A stretch of DNA of 32,000 bases. Source: Halioglobus sp. (GTDB taxonomy: Bacteria > Pseudomonadota > Gammaproteobacteria > Pseudomonadales > Halieaceae). A model generated the notes under the pieces. The model saw only the letters and a program-made list of their open reading frames with translations. It was not told the DNA's origin and did not search any database. This document shows positions 10,925-23,428 of the stretch, piece after piece (position 1 is the stretch's first letter; each line of letters begins with the position of its first letter). Made by a program: the position numbers and the translations under genes. The DNA lies in NCBI GenBank assembly GCA_039980455.1, contig JBDXCG010000004.1, positions 431,335 through 463,334 on the forward strand, given 5' to 3'.

Positions 10925-12826
10925 GTGGAATATCAACAGCAATTTGATGTGATCGTAATTGGCGGAGGGCATGCAGGTACAGAAGCATGCCTGGCGGCAG
11001 CGCGCATGGGTTGCCGGACGTTGTTGCTAACCCACAGTATCGACACACTGGGTCAGATGTCGTGTAACCCTGCCATCGGTGGTATCGGCAAGAGCCACCT
11101 GGTTAAAGAAATTGATGCTCTGGGTGGCGCCATGGCGCAGGCGACCGATCGAGCCGGTATACAATTTCGTGTTCTTAACGCTCGTAAGGGACCCGCTGTT
11201 AGGGCAACGCGCGCTCAAGCCGATCGAGTGCTTTACAAAAATGCCATCCGCGAAATTCTTGAACGTCAGCCAGGACTGTCGATTTTTCAGCAGGCCGTCG
11301 ATGACCTGTTGATTGAAAATGGTGTTGTCGCTGGCGCTGTCACCCAGATGGGACTCGTGTTTCGCGCACCGAAGGTGGTTCTCACGACGGGTACGTTTCT
11401 GGGTGGCAAGATTCACATAGGGTTGGAAAATACCGCTGGCGGACGGGCGGGTGATCCACCGTCAATTGCGTTGGCAGATCGCTTAAGAGAGATGCCATTT
11501 CGAGTAGACCGCCTGAAAACAGGCACCCCCCCCAGAATCGACGCACGGAGCGTGAACTTTTCCCTGCTCGAAGAGCAATGGGGTGACACACCACGACCCG
11601 TTATGTCGTTTTTGGGATCGCAGTCGATGCATCCAGAGCAGCGTTGTTGTTGGATAACACACACGAATGAGCAAACGCATGATTTGATTCGTGACAATCT
11701 GGATCGCTCTCCTATGTATTCCGGGGTCATTGAGGGTGTAGGGCCACGCTACTGTCCCAGTATTGAAGACAAGATTCACCGTTTTGCCGATAAGTCCTCA
11801 CATCAGATATTTATCGAACCTGAAGGTTTGACCACTAACGAGTTATACCCCAACGGTATATCAACCAGTTTGCCATTTGATGTTCAAGTCGAATTTGTCC
11901 GCTCGATAGTGGGTTTTGAAAACGCTCACATAACACGGCCCGGTTACGCGATTGAGTATGACTATTTTGATCCGCGGGATCTGAAATATTCGCTGGAAAC
12001 CCGCTGTGTGCCCGGCCTGTATTTCGCTGGTCAGATTAACGGTACCACCGGCTACGAAGAAGCAGCAGCGCAAGGTCTGCTCGCGGGTCTCAATGCAGCC
12101 CTGTCGGTTAACGGGGAAGAACCCTGGTGTCCTCGTCGTGATGAGGCGTATATCGGCGTGTTGGTTGATGATCTGATATCCATGGGAACGCTGGAACCGT
12201 ACCGTATGTTCACCTCCCGAGCGGAGTATCGGCTACTTCTGCGTGAAGACAACGCTGATCTGCGTTTGACGTCAAAAGCCAACGAGCTAGGCTTAATCTC
12301 ACAGGCGCGTTGGCAGCGGTTTGAGCAGAAGCTGGAGGCTATTCAAAGTGAGACCGAACGCCTCGCGGCAACATTCGTGCACCCGGGTACAGCTCGCGCG
12401 TCGCAATTGGATGCTGTGCTGCTCAAACCACTCACGCGCGAATATTCATTGGCTGATCTACTCAAGCGACCCGAGCTAGATTACCCTTCGATCGCCGCAC
12501 TGGACCCAGAAGTTCAGGTTGATGCAGAAGCGGCTGAACAGGTCGCTATTCAGGCGAAGTATGCGGGCTATATCGATCGCCAGCAGGATGAAGTAAACCG
12601 CCTGCGTCGGCATGAAAATACACCACTGCCAGACGATTTTGATTATTCGGTCGTTGAAGGCTTATCTAACGAGATCAAGCAAAAACTGTCTGAATCGCGT
12701 CCCGAGACCCTGGCAAGAGCCAGTCGTATACCCGGTGTTACGCCTGCTGCCGTTTCCTTGTTGCTTATTTTTTTGAAGAAGCGCGGCTCCCTGGAACGTC
12801 TCTCCAAAGACCGAAAATCAGCCTGA
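10925..12826 (+). CDS. mnmG: tRNA uridine 5-carboxymethylaminomethyl modification enzyme MnmG (GidA)
   Basis: The 633-aa ORF has an FAD-binding N-terminus, [15 protein letters not shown], and aligns along its length with E. coli MnmG as I recall it. The start is GTG, preceded by AGGA. Confidence 0.97.
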   Translation: MEYQQQFDVIVIGGGHAGTEACLAAARMGCRTLLLTHSIDTLGQMSCNPAIGGIGKSHLVKEIDALGGAMAQATDRAGIQFRVLNARKGPAVRATRAQADRVLYKNAIREILERQPGLSIFQQAVDDLLIENGVVAGAVTQMGLVFRAPKVVLTTGTFLGGKIHIGLENTAGGRAGDPPSIALADRLREMPFRVDRLKTGTPPRIDARSVNFSLLEEQWGDTPRPVMSFLGSQSMHPEQRCCWITHTNEQTHDLIRDNLDRSPMYSGVIEGVGPRYCPSIEDKIHRFADKSSHQIFIEPEGLTTNELYPNGISTSLPFDVQVEFVRSIVGFENAHITRPGYAIEYDYFDPRDLKYSLETRCVPGLYFAGQINGTTGYEEAAAQGLLAGLNAALSVNGEEPWCPRRDEAYIGVLVDDLISMGTLEPYRMFTSRAEYRLLLREDNADLRLTSKANELGLISQARWQRFEQKLEAIQSETERLAATFVHPGTARASQLDAVLLKPLTREYSLADLLKRPELDYPSIAALDPEVQVDAEAAEQVAIQAKYAGYIDRQQDEVNRLRRHENTPLPDDFDYSVVEGLSNEIKQKLSESRPETLARASRIPGVTPAAVSLLLIFLKKRGSLERLSKDRKSA

Positions 12827-12830
12827 TCCA

Positions 12831-13457
12831 TTGGACAGCTATAACAACGCGCTACGTTCCGGTATTAAAAAGCTGCCAGTAGAGGTGAGTGCTACCCAGC
12901 ACGATGCACTGGTGGCTTATCTCGAGCTGATGATCAAATGGAACAAAGCGTACAACCTCACAGCCGTGAGAGATCCATTACAAATGGTAACCCGCCACCT
13001 GCTTGATAGTTTGAGTATCCTGCCTTATCTGCCGGCTGGGAGAGTGCTGGACGTGGGAACTGGCGGTGGTTTACCAGGCGTTGTGTTGGCCATAATGTGC
13101 CCAGGAAGAGAGATTCACCTGCTAGATAGCAATGGCAAGAAGACCCGATTTCTTTTTCAGGTGAAAACAGCGCTTGGACTGGATACTATGGAGATCCATC
13201 ACGAGAGGGTTGAGCGCTTTCGCGACGATCAGGGGTTTGATGTGATTGTTTCAAGAGCATTCGCATCATTGGAAGATATGGTAGCGGGCTGCCGTCATCT
13301 TTTGGGTGTACAGGGCAGTTTTCTGGCGATGAAAGGGCAGTTTCCGCAAGAAGAGTTAGCCGCGCTCCGCGGATCGGTAGAACTCAGAGCATCTCACGAA
13401 CTACATGTACCTGGGCTCAATGAGCAACGCAATCTGCTGGAAATGGTGCTCACGTGA
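12831..13457 (+). CDS. rsmG: 16S rRNA (guanine527-N7)-methyltransferase RsmG (GidB)
   Basis: The 208-aa ORF contains KWNKAYNLTAVRDPLQMVTRHLLDS and the SAM motif VLDVGTGGGLPGVVLA. A TTG start is inferred because the first in-frame ATG would delete conserved N-terminal sequence, so the start coordinate is less certain. Confidence 0.88.
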   Translation: MDSYNNALRSGIKKLPVEVSATQHDALVAYLELMIKWNKAYNLTAVRDPLQMVTRHLLDSLSILPYLPAGRVLDVGTGGGLPGVVLAIMCPGREIHLLDSNGKKTRFLFQVKTALGLDTMEIHHERVERFRDDQGFDVIVSRAFASLEDMVAGCRHLLGVQGSFLAMKGQFPQEELAALRGSVELRASHELHVPGLNEQRNLLEMVLT

Positions 13458-13525
13458 GTGTTTTGCAGCCTCAAAGCAATCAGCCGGCTAGATAGCGGTA
13501 TTCAAACCATCAAAGAGATCAGTCA

Positions 13526-14329
13526 TTGGCCAGAATCATAGCAATTGCGAATCAGAAAGGTGGCGTGGGTAAAACCACCACCTGCGTGAATCTTGCCGCC
13601 TCTCTTGCCGCCATGGGTAAGCGTGTTTTACTGGCCGACCTTGACCCGCAGGGCAACGCGACGATGGGTAGTGGGATCGATAAACACAGTATTGAGAGAA
13701 GCATTTACGATGTGCTTGTGCACCGAGCGCCGGTAGACAAAATCGCACTAGAGGCCGGTGAGTCCGGTTATCACGTGCTCCCAGCCAATGGGGATTTAAC
13801 GGCAGCTGAAGTTGAACTGGTTGGGATTGAGCATAGAGAACGTCGTTTGCGCGCTGCATTGATCGAAGCGTCAGGTGATTTTGACTACATACTGATCGAC
13901 TGTCCTCCTTCGCTGAATATGCTCACATTGAATGGTCTGGTTGCTGCGGATGGTGTCATTATCGCGATGCAATGCGAGTACTTTGCACTGGAAGGTCTTT
14001 CGGCTCTGGTAGAGACCATTAATGGCGTTGCAGCTTCGGTGAACTCAACGCTCGTGGTCGATGGGATACTGCGCACGATGTACGATCCTAGGAACAGTTT
14101 GACCAATGAGGTGTCGTCACAGCTGCACAATCATTTTGGAGACAAGGTCTACCGCACGGTAATACCCAGAAATATCCGATTGGCAGAAGCGCCCAGTTAT
14201 GGCCTACCGGCAATGCATTTCGACAAGTATTCACGAGGCTCTAAAGCCTATATGGCACTTGCTGGCGAAATAGTCCGGCGCGAAGAAAACCTGGCGCGCA
14301 CTAGTGCCAGTGCAACGATAGATAGCTAG
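13526..14329 (+). CDS. parA: Chromosome partitioning ATPase ParA (Soj)
   Basis: The ORF begins MARIIAIANQKGGVGKTTTCVNLA, a deviant Walker A. It is 267 aa with a TTG start, and parB follows. Confidence 0.93.
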   Translation: MARIIAIANQKGGVGKTTTCVNLAASLAAMGKRVLLADLDPQGNATMGSGIDKHSIERSIYDVLVHRAPVDKIALEAGESGYHVLPANGDLTAAEVELVGIEHRERRLRAALIEASGDFDYILIDCPPSLNMLTLNGLVAADGVIIAMQCEYFALEGLSALVETINGVAASVNSTLVVDGILRTMYDPRNSLTNEVSSQLHNHFGDKVYRTVIPRNIRLAEAPSYGLPAMHFDKYSRGSKAYMALAGEIVRREENLARTSASATIDS

Positions 14330-14339
14330 GGAGCGATTA

Positions 14340-15230
14340 ATGTCTGCGAAGAAACGCGGTCTGGGACGAGGCTTGGATGCGCTCTTGGGAGCATCTTCAA
14401 CAGAGGGGGCTGGTGAGCAGGTTGAGGGTCAGACTGGCACAGGTGACGCTGGCGCTCACAACCTGCGTGAGCTCCCAGTGGACCTTATCCAGCGCGGCAA
14501 GTACCAACCCAGACGCGATATAGAACCTGAGTCATTGCAGGAGCTCGCTGATAGCATCACTGCGCAAGGCGTGATGCAACCTATCGTCGTGAGGCCAATT
14601 TCTGATCGTAAGTACGAAATTATCGCTGGGGAGCGCCGGTGGCGTGCGACTGCATTGGCTGGCCTTGATGTGATTCCCGCAGTTGTGCGTGATGTCTCCG
14701 ACGAGGCCGCTATTGCGATGGCACTTATTGAGAATATTCAGCGCGAAGACCTGAATCCTATTGAGGAGGCTGCGTCTTTGCTGCGCCTGCAGCAGGAATT
14801 TGAACTGACACAGCAAGAAGTGGCCACTGCAGTCGGAAAATCCCGTTCTACCGTCGCTAACCTAATGCGCTTGATGACGTTGCAGGATGACGTACGGACA
14901 TTGCTTGAGCGTGGTGATCTTGAAATGGGACACGCGCGGGCCTTGCTGGGGCTGGAGGGCACCGAGCAATCACATGCAGCGAGAACCGTTGCCGCCAAGG
15001 GTATGTCTGTGCGAGAAACCGAGGTGCTGGTTAGAAAAATACTGAACCGCGAAACGCCCCCTAAAACCTCGAAAACACAGGACCCTAACATCCGACAGCT
15101 TCAGGATGAGCTCATGGAAAAGCTTGGTGCTAAAGTCTCAATTCAGCATACAGCTAAAGGAAAGGGTAAGTTGGTGCTCACTTACAACTCTCTGGATGAG
15201 CTGGATGGAATCCTGGGGCACATCCGCTAG
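14340..15230 (+). CDS. parB: Chromosome partitioning protein ParB (Spo0J)
   Basis: The 296-aa ORF has the ParB box IIAGERRWRA and the HTH segment LTQQEVATAVGKSRSTVANLMRL. GGGAG lies upstream of the ATG. Confidence 0.93.
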   Translation: MSAKKRGLGRGLDALLGASSTEGAGEQVEGQTGTGDAGAHNLRELPVDLIQRGKYQPRRDIEPESLQELADSITAQGVMQPIVVRPISDRKYEIIAGERRWRATALAGLDVIPAVVRDVSDEAAIAMALIENIQREDLNPIEEAASLLRLQQEFELTQQEVATAVGKSRSTVANLMRLMTLQDDVRTLLERGDLEMGHARALLGLEGTEQSHAARTVAAKGMSVRETEVLVRKILNRETPPKTSKTQDPNIRQLQDELMEKLGAKVSIQHTAKGKGKLVLTYNSLDELDGILGHIR

Positions 15231-15261
15231 TCCGCAAATAGTCATACTAAACACTGCATAT

Positions 15262-15278
15262 TGTGGTCTTTGACCACA
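15262..15278. other. Perfect inverted repeat TGTGGTC-TTT-GACCACA downstream of parB
   Basis: The repeat has 7-bp arms and a 3-nt spacer, 32 nt after the parB stop. There is no U-tract, so it may be a weak terminator, an RNA stabiliser or a protein-binding site. Confidence 0.3.
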
Positions 15279-15389
15279 CACAATCTATATCTGGTACCAC
15301 GCGCTATTTGCACGCTATCTAGTTACATCCTGCAGCGATCATGCTGAAGTTGGGTCAGAAATGTGACCCCGACAACATCTAAAAGTTGG

Positions 15390-15418
15390 TTGAATAGCGT
15401 GTTTAATACACCTATAAT
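15390..15418 (+). promoter_or_regulatory. atp operon promoter TTGAAT-17 nt-TATAAT
   Basis: The -35 is at 15390-15395, followed by an exact 17-nt spacer and a consensus -10 TATAAT at 15413-15418. A GC-rich discriminator GCCGCCGCC follows. The element is about 65 nt upstream of atpI. Confidence 0.6.
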
Positions 15419-15483
15419 GCCGCCGCCTGAAACGAGGACGAAGTCCGTGTGCCAGTTGACGAGGGGAACGAGGCGATGCATCC

Positions 15484-15861
15484 ATGACAGGTGCCAAAAT
15501 CGCACGACCTCCGGTTCACAGAATCACCCTCCTTCAATGTATAGGCCTTGCATTGCTGGCGCTGTTATCAGTGCTGATTTCTGAGGATGTACGAACCTAT
15601 TCATTGATTTGTGGGGGCCTGGTAGCAATCGTTCCGCAGGCGTTTTTTGCCTTGAGGACTTTTCGTTATCGTGGTGCCCAATCTGCGCATGCGATGGCTC
15701 GCGCGGGATACAGTGCAGAGATAGGAAAGTTTTTTCTCAGCTGCGTAGGATTTGCGATTGTGTTCGCGCTTCTGCGTCCAATTGATGGAGCAGCTGTGTT
15801 CGCCGGGTTTGTGGCGATGTTGATGTTACATATTTTTGGGAGTTGGTGGTTGCTAAAGTAG
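15484..15861 (+). CDS. atpI: ATP synthase protein I
   Basis: This is a 125-aa hydrophobic protein with about four TM segments, in the conserved first position of the atp operon. Confidence 0.8.
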   Translation: MTGAKIARPPVHRITLLQCIGLALLALLSVLISEDVRTYSLICGGLVAIVPQAFFALRTFRYRGAQSAHAMARAGYSAEIGKFFLSCVGFAIVFALLRPIDGAAVFAGFVAMLMLHIFGSWWLLK

Positions 15862-15879
15862 CGCGCCAAACCTTAATGA

Positions 15880-16773
<894 letters not shown>

Positions 16774-16800
16774 TTAACTTTAACCTTAGTTTTTACCTAG

Positions 16801-17037
<237 letters not shown>

Positions 17038-17103
17038 CAGCGACCCCGGCAAGTGTGGGTCTGCCTATTTGGGTAGGCCCCGGAATTTTGTAAGGAGCAA
17101 GGC

Positions 17104-17574
17104 GTGAATATTAACCTTACGCTTATAGGACAGATGATCGCGTTTGTCTGCTTTGTTGTGTTCTGCATGAAGTACGTTTGGCCGCCTATTCTGGCCGCTA
17201 TGCAGGAACGCGAGAAGAAGATAGCAGACGGATTAGCAGCTGCTGACCGAGCCAGCCATGACCTTGAGTTGGCTCAGGAAAAAGCGGTTGAACGCATGAA
17301 AGAAGCCAAAGTAGAGGCTTCGGGCATTGTGGATTCTGCCAACAAGCGAGCAAACCAGATTATTGACGAGGCGAAAGCAGCCGCTCATGTAGAGGCTGAT
17401 CGTGTGAAGGCTTCAGCTCAGGCTGAGATCGAGCAGGAAACCAATCGCGCGCGTGAAGAATTGCGTACGCAGGTAGCTGCCTTGTCTCTCGCCGGTGCCG
17501 AGAAGGTGCTGGGCGCCAGTATCGACCAAGCTGCGCATGCGCAGTTGGTGGATAAGCTGGCTGAAGAGCTCTAG
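17104..17574 (+). CDS. atpF: F0F1 ATP synthase subunit b
   Basis: The 156-aa ORF has an N-terminal TM followed by a long charged helix. The start is GTG, 6 nt after AAGGAG. Confidence 0.9.
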   Translation: MNINLTLIGQMIAFVCFVVFCMKYVWPPILAAMQEREKKIADGLAAADRASHDLELAQEKAVERMKEAKVEASGIVDSANKRANQIIDEAKAAAHVEADRVKASAQAEIEQETNRAREELRTQVAALSLAGAEKVLGASIDQAAHAQLVDKLAEEL

Positions 17575-17587
17575 CCAAGAGGATGTT

Positions 17588-18124
17588 ATGGCTGAACTAA
17601 GTACACTCGCTCGACCCTATGCCAGAGCAGCGTTTGAATATGCTCGTGGTAGCGATGCCCTCGAGGCATGGTCAGAGCAACTGGCAACCGCAGCAGCGGT
17701 TACACAGGACGAGACAATGCAGTCTATGTTCTCCAACCCGTCACTGACCGCTACGCAACAGGCGCAGATGTTTGGTGAGGTGTGTGGAGAGGCACTGTCC
17801 GAGAAAATGCAGAACTACATCGCTATTCTCGCGTCCCATAAGCGTTTGTCGCTTTTGCCAGAGATCTACGTTCTGTTTTCGCGATACAAAGCGAATCAGG
17901 AAAAGTCGGTAGACGTAGAGGTTGTCTCTGCGTTTGACCTGGACGATGCGACAAGTAGTAAGCTCGCCACCGTTTTGGGCAAAAAGCTGGAACGCGACGT
18001 CAAAGTCAGCACCAGTACCGATAAGGATCTATTGGGCGGCATTTTAATCAGGGCTGGCGATCTTGTGATCGATGGCTCGGTGCGCGGCAGGCTGAACAAG
18101 CTAGCCGAAGCAATGAATTCGTAG
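17588..18124 (+). CDS. atpH: F0F1 ATP synthase subunit delta
   Basis: The ORF begins [19 protein letters not shown], a canonical delta N-terminus. The track ORF start at 17495 overlaps atpF and was rejected. Confidence 0.9.
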   Translation: MAELSTLARPYARAAFEYARGSDALEAWSEQLATAAAVTQDETMQSMFSNPSLTATQQAQMFGEVCGEALSEKMQNYIAILASHKRLSLLPEIYVLFSRYKANQEKSVDVEVVSAFDLDDATSSKLATVLGKKLERDVKVSTSTDKDLLGGILIRAGDLVIDGSVRGRLNKLAEAMNS

Positions 18125-18140
18125 GATTGAGGAACAGAGC

Positions 18141-19685
18141 ATGCAGCAGCTGAATCCATCAGAGATTAGCGAGATTATCAAGCAACGCATCGACCAGCTC
18201 GATGTGTCATCTGAGGCTCGCAACGAGGGCACCGTTGTAGCGGTGACCGACGGTATTATTCGTATTCACGGTCTCACCGATGTTATGTACGGTGAAATGA
18301 TCGAGTTTGACGGCGGCGTTTACGGTATGGCGCTGAACCTTGAGCGCGACTCAGTGGGCGCGGTAGTGCTCGGTGAGTACAAAGGCTTGGCTGAAGGCCA
18401 GTCTTGCCGTTGCACAGGTCGTATTCTTGAAGTGCCTGTTGGCCCCGAGCTGCAGGGACGCGTTGTCGATGCACTGGGTATGCCGATTGACGGGAAAGGG
18501 CCTGTTGACGCTGCACTCACAGATGCATTGGAAAAAGTTGCACCGGGTGTAATTGAGCGACAGTCAGTTGACCAGCCAGTACAGATTGGTTTGAAGGCAA
18601 TCGACGCGATGGTGCCAATCGGTAGAGGCCAGCGTGAGCTGATTATTGGCGATCGCCAGATTGGTAAAACTGCTATTGCCGTTGACGCGATTATCAACCA
18701 GAAAAATACAGGCATTAAGTGTGTTTATGTCGCTGTAGGCCAGAAGGCCTCGTCTGTTGCGGCCGTAGTGCGAAAGCTTGAAGAGCACGGCGCGATGGAT
18801 CACACGATCGTCGTAGCAGCCACGGCATCAGATCCAGCGGCAATGCAGTACTTGGCGCCATTTGCGGGTTGCACGATGGGTGAGTACTACCGCGACCGTG
18901 GCGAAGATGCTCTGATTATTTATGATGATCTGACCAAGCAGGCTTGGGCCTACCGTCAGATCTCTCTGCTGCTTCGTCGTCCACCAGGCCGAGAAGCTTA
19001 CCCCGGAGACGTATTCTATTTGCACTCGCGTCTGTTGGAGCGTGCTGCCAGGGTAAACCCGGACTACGTAGAGAAGTTCACTAACGGCGAAGTCAAAGGC
19101 AAGACCGGCTCGCTGACGGCATTACCCGTTATTGAGACACAGGCCGGTGACGTATCTGCCTTTGTACCCACTAACGTGATTTCGATCACCGACGGTCAGA
19201 TCTTCCTGGAAGCTGACATGTTTAATGCCGGTGTGCGTCCAGCGATGAACGCGGGTATTTCGGTATCTCGTGTTGGTGGCGCGGCGCAGACAAAAATCAT
19301 TAAGAAGCTGTCGGGCGGTATTCGTACAGCACTGGCTCAGTATCGAGAGCTGGCAGCCTTTTCACAGTTTGCCTCTGACCTTGACGATGCTACCAAGGCG
19401 CAGCTGGACCATGGTGAGCGTGTTACTGAGTTGATGAAGCAGAAGCAATATTCTCCACTGAGTGTCGCTGAAATGGGTGTAGTGCTTTACGCTGCGAACG
19501 AAGGCCTTTTGCAGGAAGTAGAAGTCAGCAAGATTGGTGACTTTGAAGCGTCTTTGTTGTCGTACATGCACGCGGAGCACGCGCAACTGATGGCGTCTAT
19601 CGTCGAGAGCGGTGATTACAACGACGAGATCGAAGCGGCTTTCAAAGCAGCTCTCGAAACGTTCAAAGCGACGCAGAGCTGGTAA
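18141..19685 (+). CDS. atpA: F0F1 ATP synthase subunit alpha
   Basis: The 514-aa ORF has the Walker A motif [13 protein letters not shown] and is highly conserved throughout. Confidence 0.98.
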   Translation: MQQLNPSEISEIIKQRIDQLDVSSEARNEGTVVAVTDGIIRIHGLTDVMYGEMIEFDGGVYGMALNLERDSVGAVVLGEYKGLAEGQSCRCTGRILEVPVGPELQGRVVDALGMPIDGKGPVDAALTDALEKVAPGVIERQSVDQPVQIGLKAIDAMVPIGRGQRELIIGDRQIGKTAIAVDAIINQKNTGIKCVYVAVGQKASSVAAVVRKLEEHGAMDHTIVVAATASDPAAMQYLAPFAGCTMGEYYRDRGEDALIIYDDLTKQAWAYRQISLLLRRPPGREAYPGDVFYLHSRLLERAARVNPDYVEKFTNGEVKGKTGSLTALPVIETQAGDVSAFVPTNVISITDGQIFLEADMFNAGVRPAMNAGISVSRVGGAAQTKIIKKLSGGIRTALAQYRELAAFSQFASDLDDATKAQLDHGERVTELMKQKQYSPLSVAEMGVVLYAANEGLLQEVEVSKIGDFEASLLSYMHAEHAQLMASIVESGDYNDEIEAAFKAALETFKATQSW

Positions 19686-19702
19686 GCCAGAGGATCTAGA
19701 AG

Positions 19703-22041
<2,339 letters not shown>

Positions 22042-22064
22042 GGCAGTCAACGAGGCCCATAGTT

Positions 22065-22493
22065 ATGGCAATGACCATTCACTGCGATATCGTCAGCGCC
22101 GAGGAAGAGATATTCTCTGGCCTCGTCGAGATGCTTGTCGCGACTGGAGAGCTTGGAGAGTTGGGTGTTAGTTACGGTCATGCGCCGCTGCTAACGTCAC
22201 TGATTCCCGGCCCTGTTCGCATCGTCACTCAATCGGGCGATGAGCAGGTGTATTACGTCTCAGGTGGTTTTCTCGAGGTTCAGCCAGGTGTTGTGTCGAT
22301 TTTGGCAGATACGGCTATTCGTGCTGGAGATGTCGATGAAGCAGCGGCTGAAGAAGCTCGCCGGGAAGCGGAGCTTGCGCTGGAGAATCAGACTGGAGAC
22401 TTTGATTATGGTCGTGCGTCTGCACAGCTAGCTGAAGCGGCAGCGCAATTGGCCACACTGCGTAAAATGCGCAACCGGTCTGGCCGCGGCTAG
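22065..22493 (+). CDS. atpC: F0F1 ATP synthase subunit epsilon
   Basis: The 142-aa ORF begins [19 protein letters not shown] and is the last gene of the operon. Confidence 0.93.
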   Translation: MAMTIHCDIVSAEEEIFSGLVEMLVATGELGELGVSYGHAPLLTSLIPGPVRIVTQSGDEQVYYVSGGFLEVQPGVVSILADTAIRAGDVDEAAAEEARREAELALENQTGDFDYGRASAQLAEAAAQLATLRKMRNRSGRG

Positions 22494-22515
22494 TACCTGC
22501 TCCAGCGTTATATGT

Positions 22516-22539
22516 AACCCCGGCTTGCCGGGGTTTTTT
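22516..22539 (+). terminator. Rho-independent terminator of the atp operon
   Basis: The hairpin is AACCCCGG-CTTG-CCGGGGTT, followed by a T-run that brings the total to 6 T. It begins 23 nt after the atpC stop. Confidence 0.8.
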
Positions 22540-22558
22540 GTGCCTGATTTTTGCGCTG

Positions 22559-23305
22559 CTACAACAGCTCCCATAGGGCGTCGAACAAAATTTGCTGGGT
22601 CGATGCTATCGCCGCCGAGTCGATAATGACGACCACAGGATAATTTTCATCCGCCAGGGTAATCATGGCGACTTTGGGAGGATAGATCGCAATGTATGAT
22701 GCATCGGCGGTCGGCTTGCCCGGCAGCCACTTGCGTTCAGCCAGCTCGGCGTCGTCGCCGCCCTCCCCAACAGCCAGTACGCGAACGCTAATGCCTCTGG
22801 CCTCTCGCTGCCGGGTAAAGTTGGGAAACGGGCGATAAAGATGCTTGCGTAAGGTTTTAGCTGAGATAACGGAATAGCTGCGAGTGGGCGAAAGAGCGGC
22901 ACCATCTAGAATATCGCGCAGTACCAGCTCTACGCCATCGTCGCCTTCATAGAAGCGCACATTACCCGGACTGAACTCCGTCTGACTTTGCTTCAATGCA
23001 GGAATCACATCGCGCCGCAATTTATCCATCGCTTGAGCCAAGGCCTGCTGACGCTTTTCCCCCAGGCTTAGCAGTCGCTCGGGGTCTTCTGCCTGGAACA
23101 CGCGCCGCTTGCCTCGTGGAAAATAGTTCACTACGCCTTTGCTTGCGAGCGTTTTCAGGGTCTCGTAGGTGGTGCCTCGATTGACGCCCGATTCACTGGC
23201 AACATCCCGTATTGATGCAGGTCCAAGTTTTAATAGGGCCTGGTATACGCCTATCTCTCGTGGGCTGAGTCCCAGCGTTCCTAAACTTTCTTGAATTGTT
23301 GTCAT
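22559..23305 (-). CDS. TrmB-family (winged-HTH) transcriptional regulator, divergent from glmU
   Basis: The 248-aa ORF has an N-terminus, LGLSPREIGVYQALLKLGPASIRDVASESGVNRGTTYETLKTLASKGVVNYFPRGKRRVFQAEDPERLL, that fits the TrmB N-terminal HTH pattern. A C-terminal domain of about 150 aa follows. Confidence 0.8.
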   Translation of the reverse strand: MTTIQESLGTLGLSPREIGVYQALLKLGPASIRDVASESGVNRGTTYETLKTLASKGVVNYFPRGKRRVFQAEDPERLLSLGEKRQQALAQAMDKLRRDVIPALKQSQTEFSPGNVRFYEGDDGVELVLRDILDGAALSPTRSYSVISAKTLRKHLYRPFPNFTRQREARGISVRVLAVGEGGDDAELAERKWLPGKPTADASYIAIYPPKVAMITLADENYPVVVIIDSAAIASTQQILFDALWELL

Positions 23306-23318
23306 ATTTTTTATGACA
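23300..23318. promoter_or_regulatory. Candidate operator A: TGTCA-N9-TGACA (extends to TTGTCAT-N7-ATGACAA)
   Basis: A perfect inverted repeat at 23299-23319 has an A/T-only spacer and overlaps the regulator's start codon (complement of 23303-23305). Confidence 0.4.
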
Positions 23319-23372
23319 AACCTCGTTGTATTTGAAAACCTACTGTTTAATATGCGCCTTCTTTCATAATAA

Positions 23373-23391
23373 TGTCAAAAATCAAATGACA
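23373..23391. promoter_or_regulatory. Candidate operator B: TGTCA-N9-TGACA
   Basis: The same half-sites and the same 9-nt A/T-rich spacing occur 73 bp (about 7 helical turns) from site A and 38 nt upstream of the glmU ATG. Confidence 0.4.
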
Positions 23392-23428
23392 ATAGGCGCT
23401 GGTGGCGTCTTCCAATAAGAGAGCTCTT

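Noticed and set aside
10763-11048. 69-aa and 79-aa minus-strand ORFs overlapping the A+T-rich block and the mnmG 5' end
   Set aside because: They run through the low-complexity A+T block and antisense to mnmG, giving hydrophobic or Cys-rich nonsense composition. They are better explained as non-coding origin sequence.
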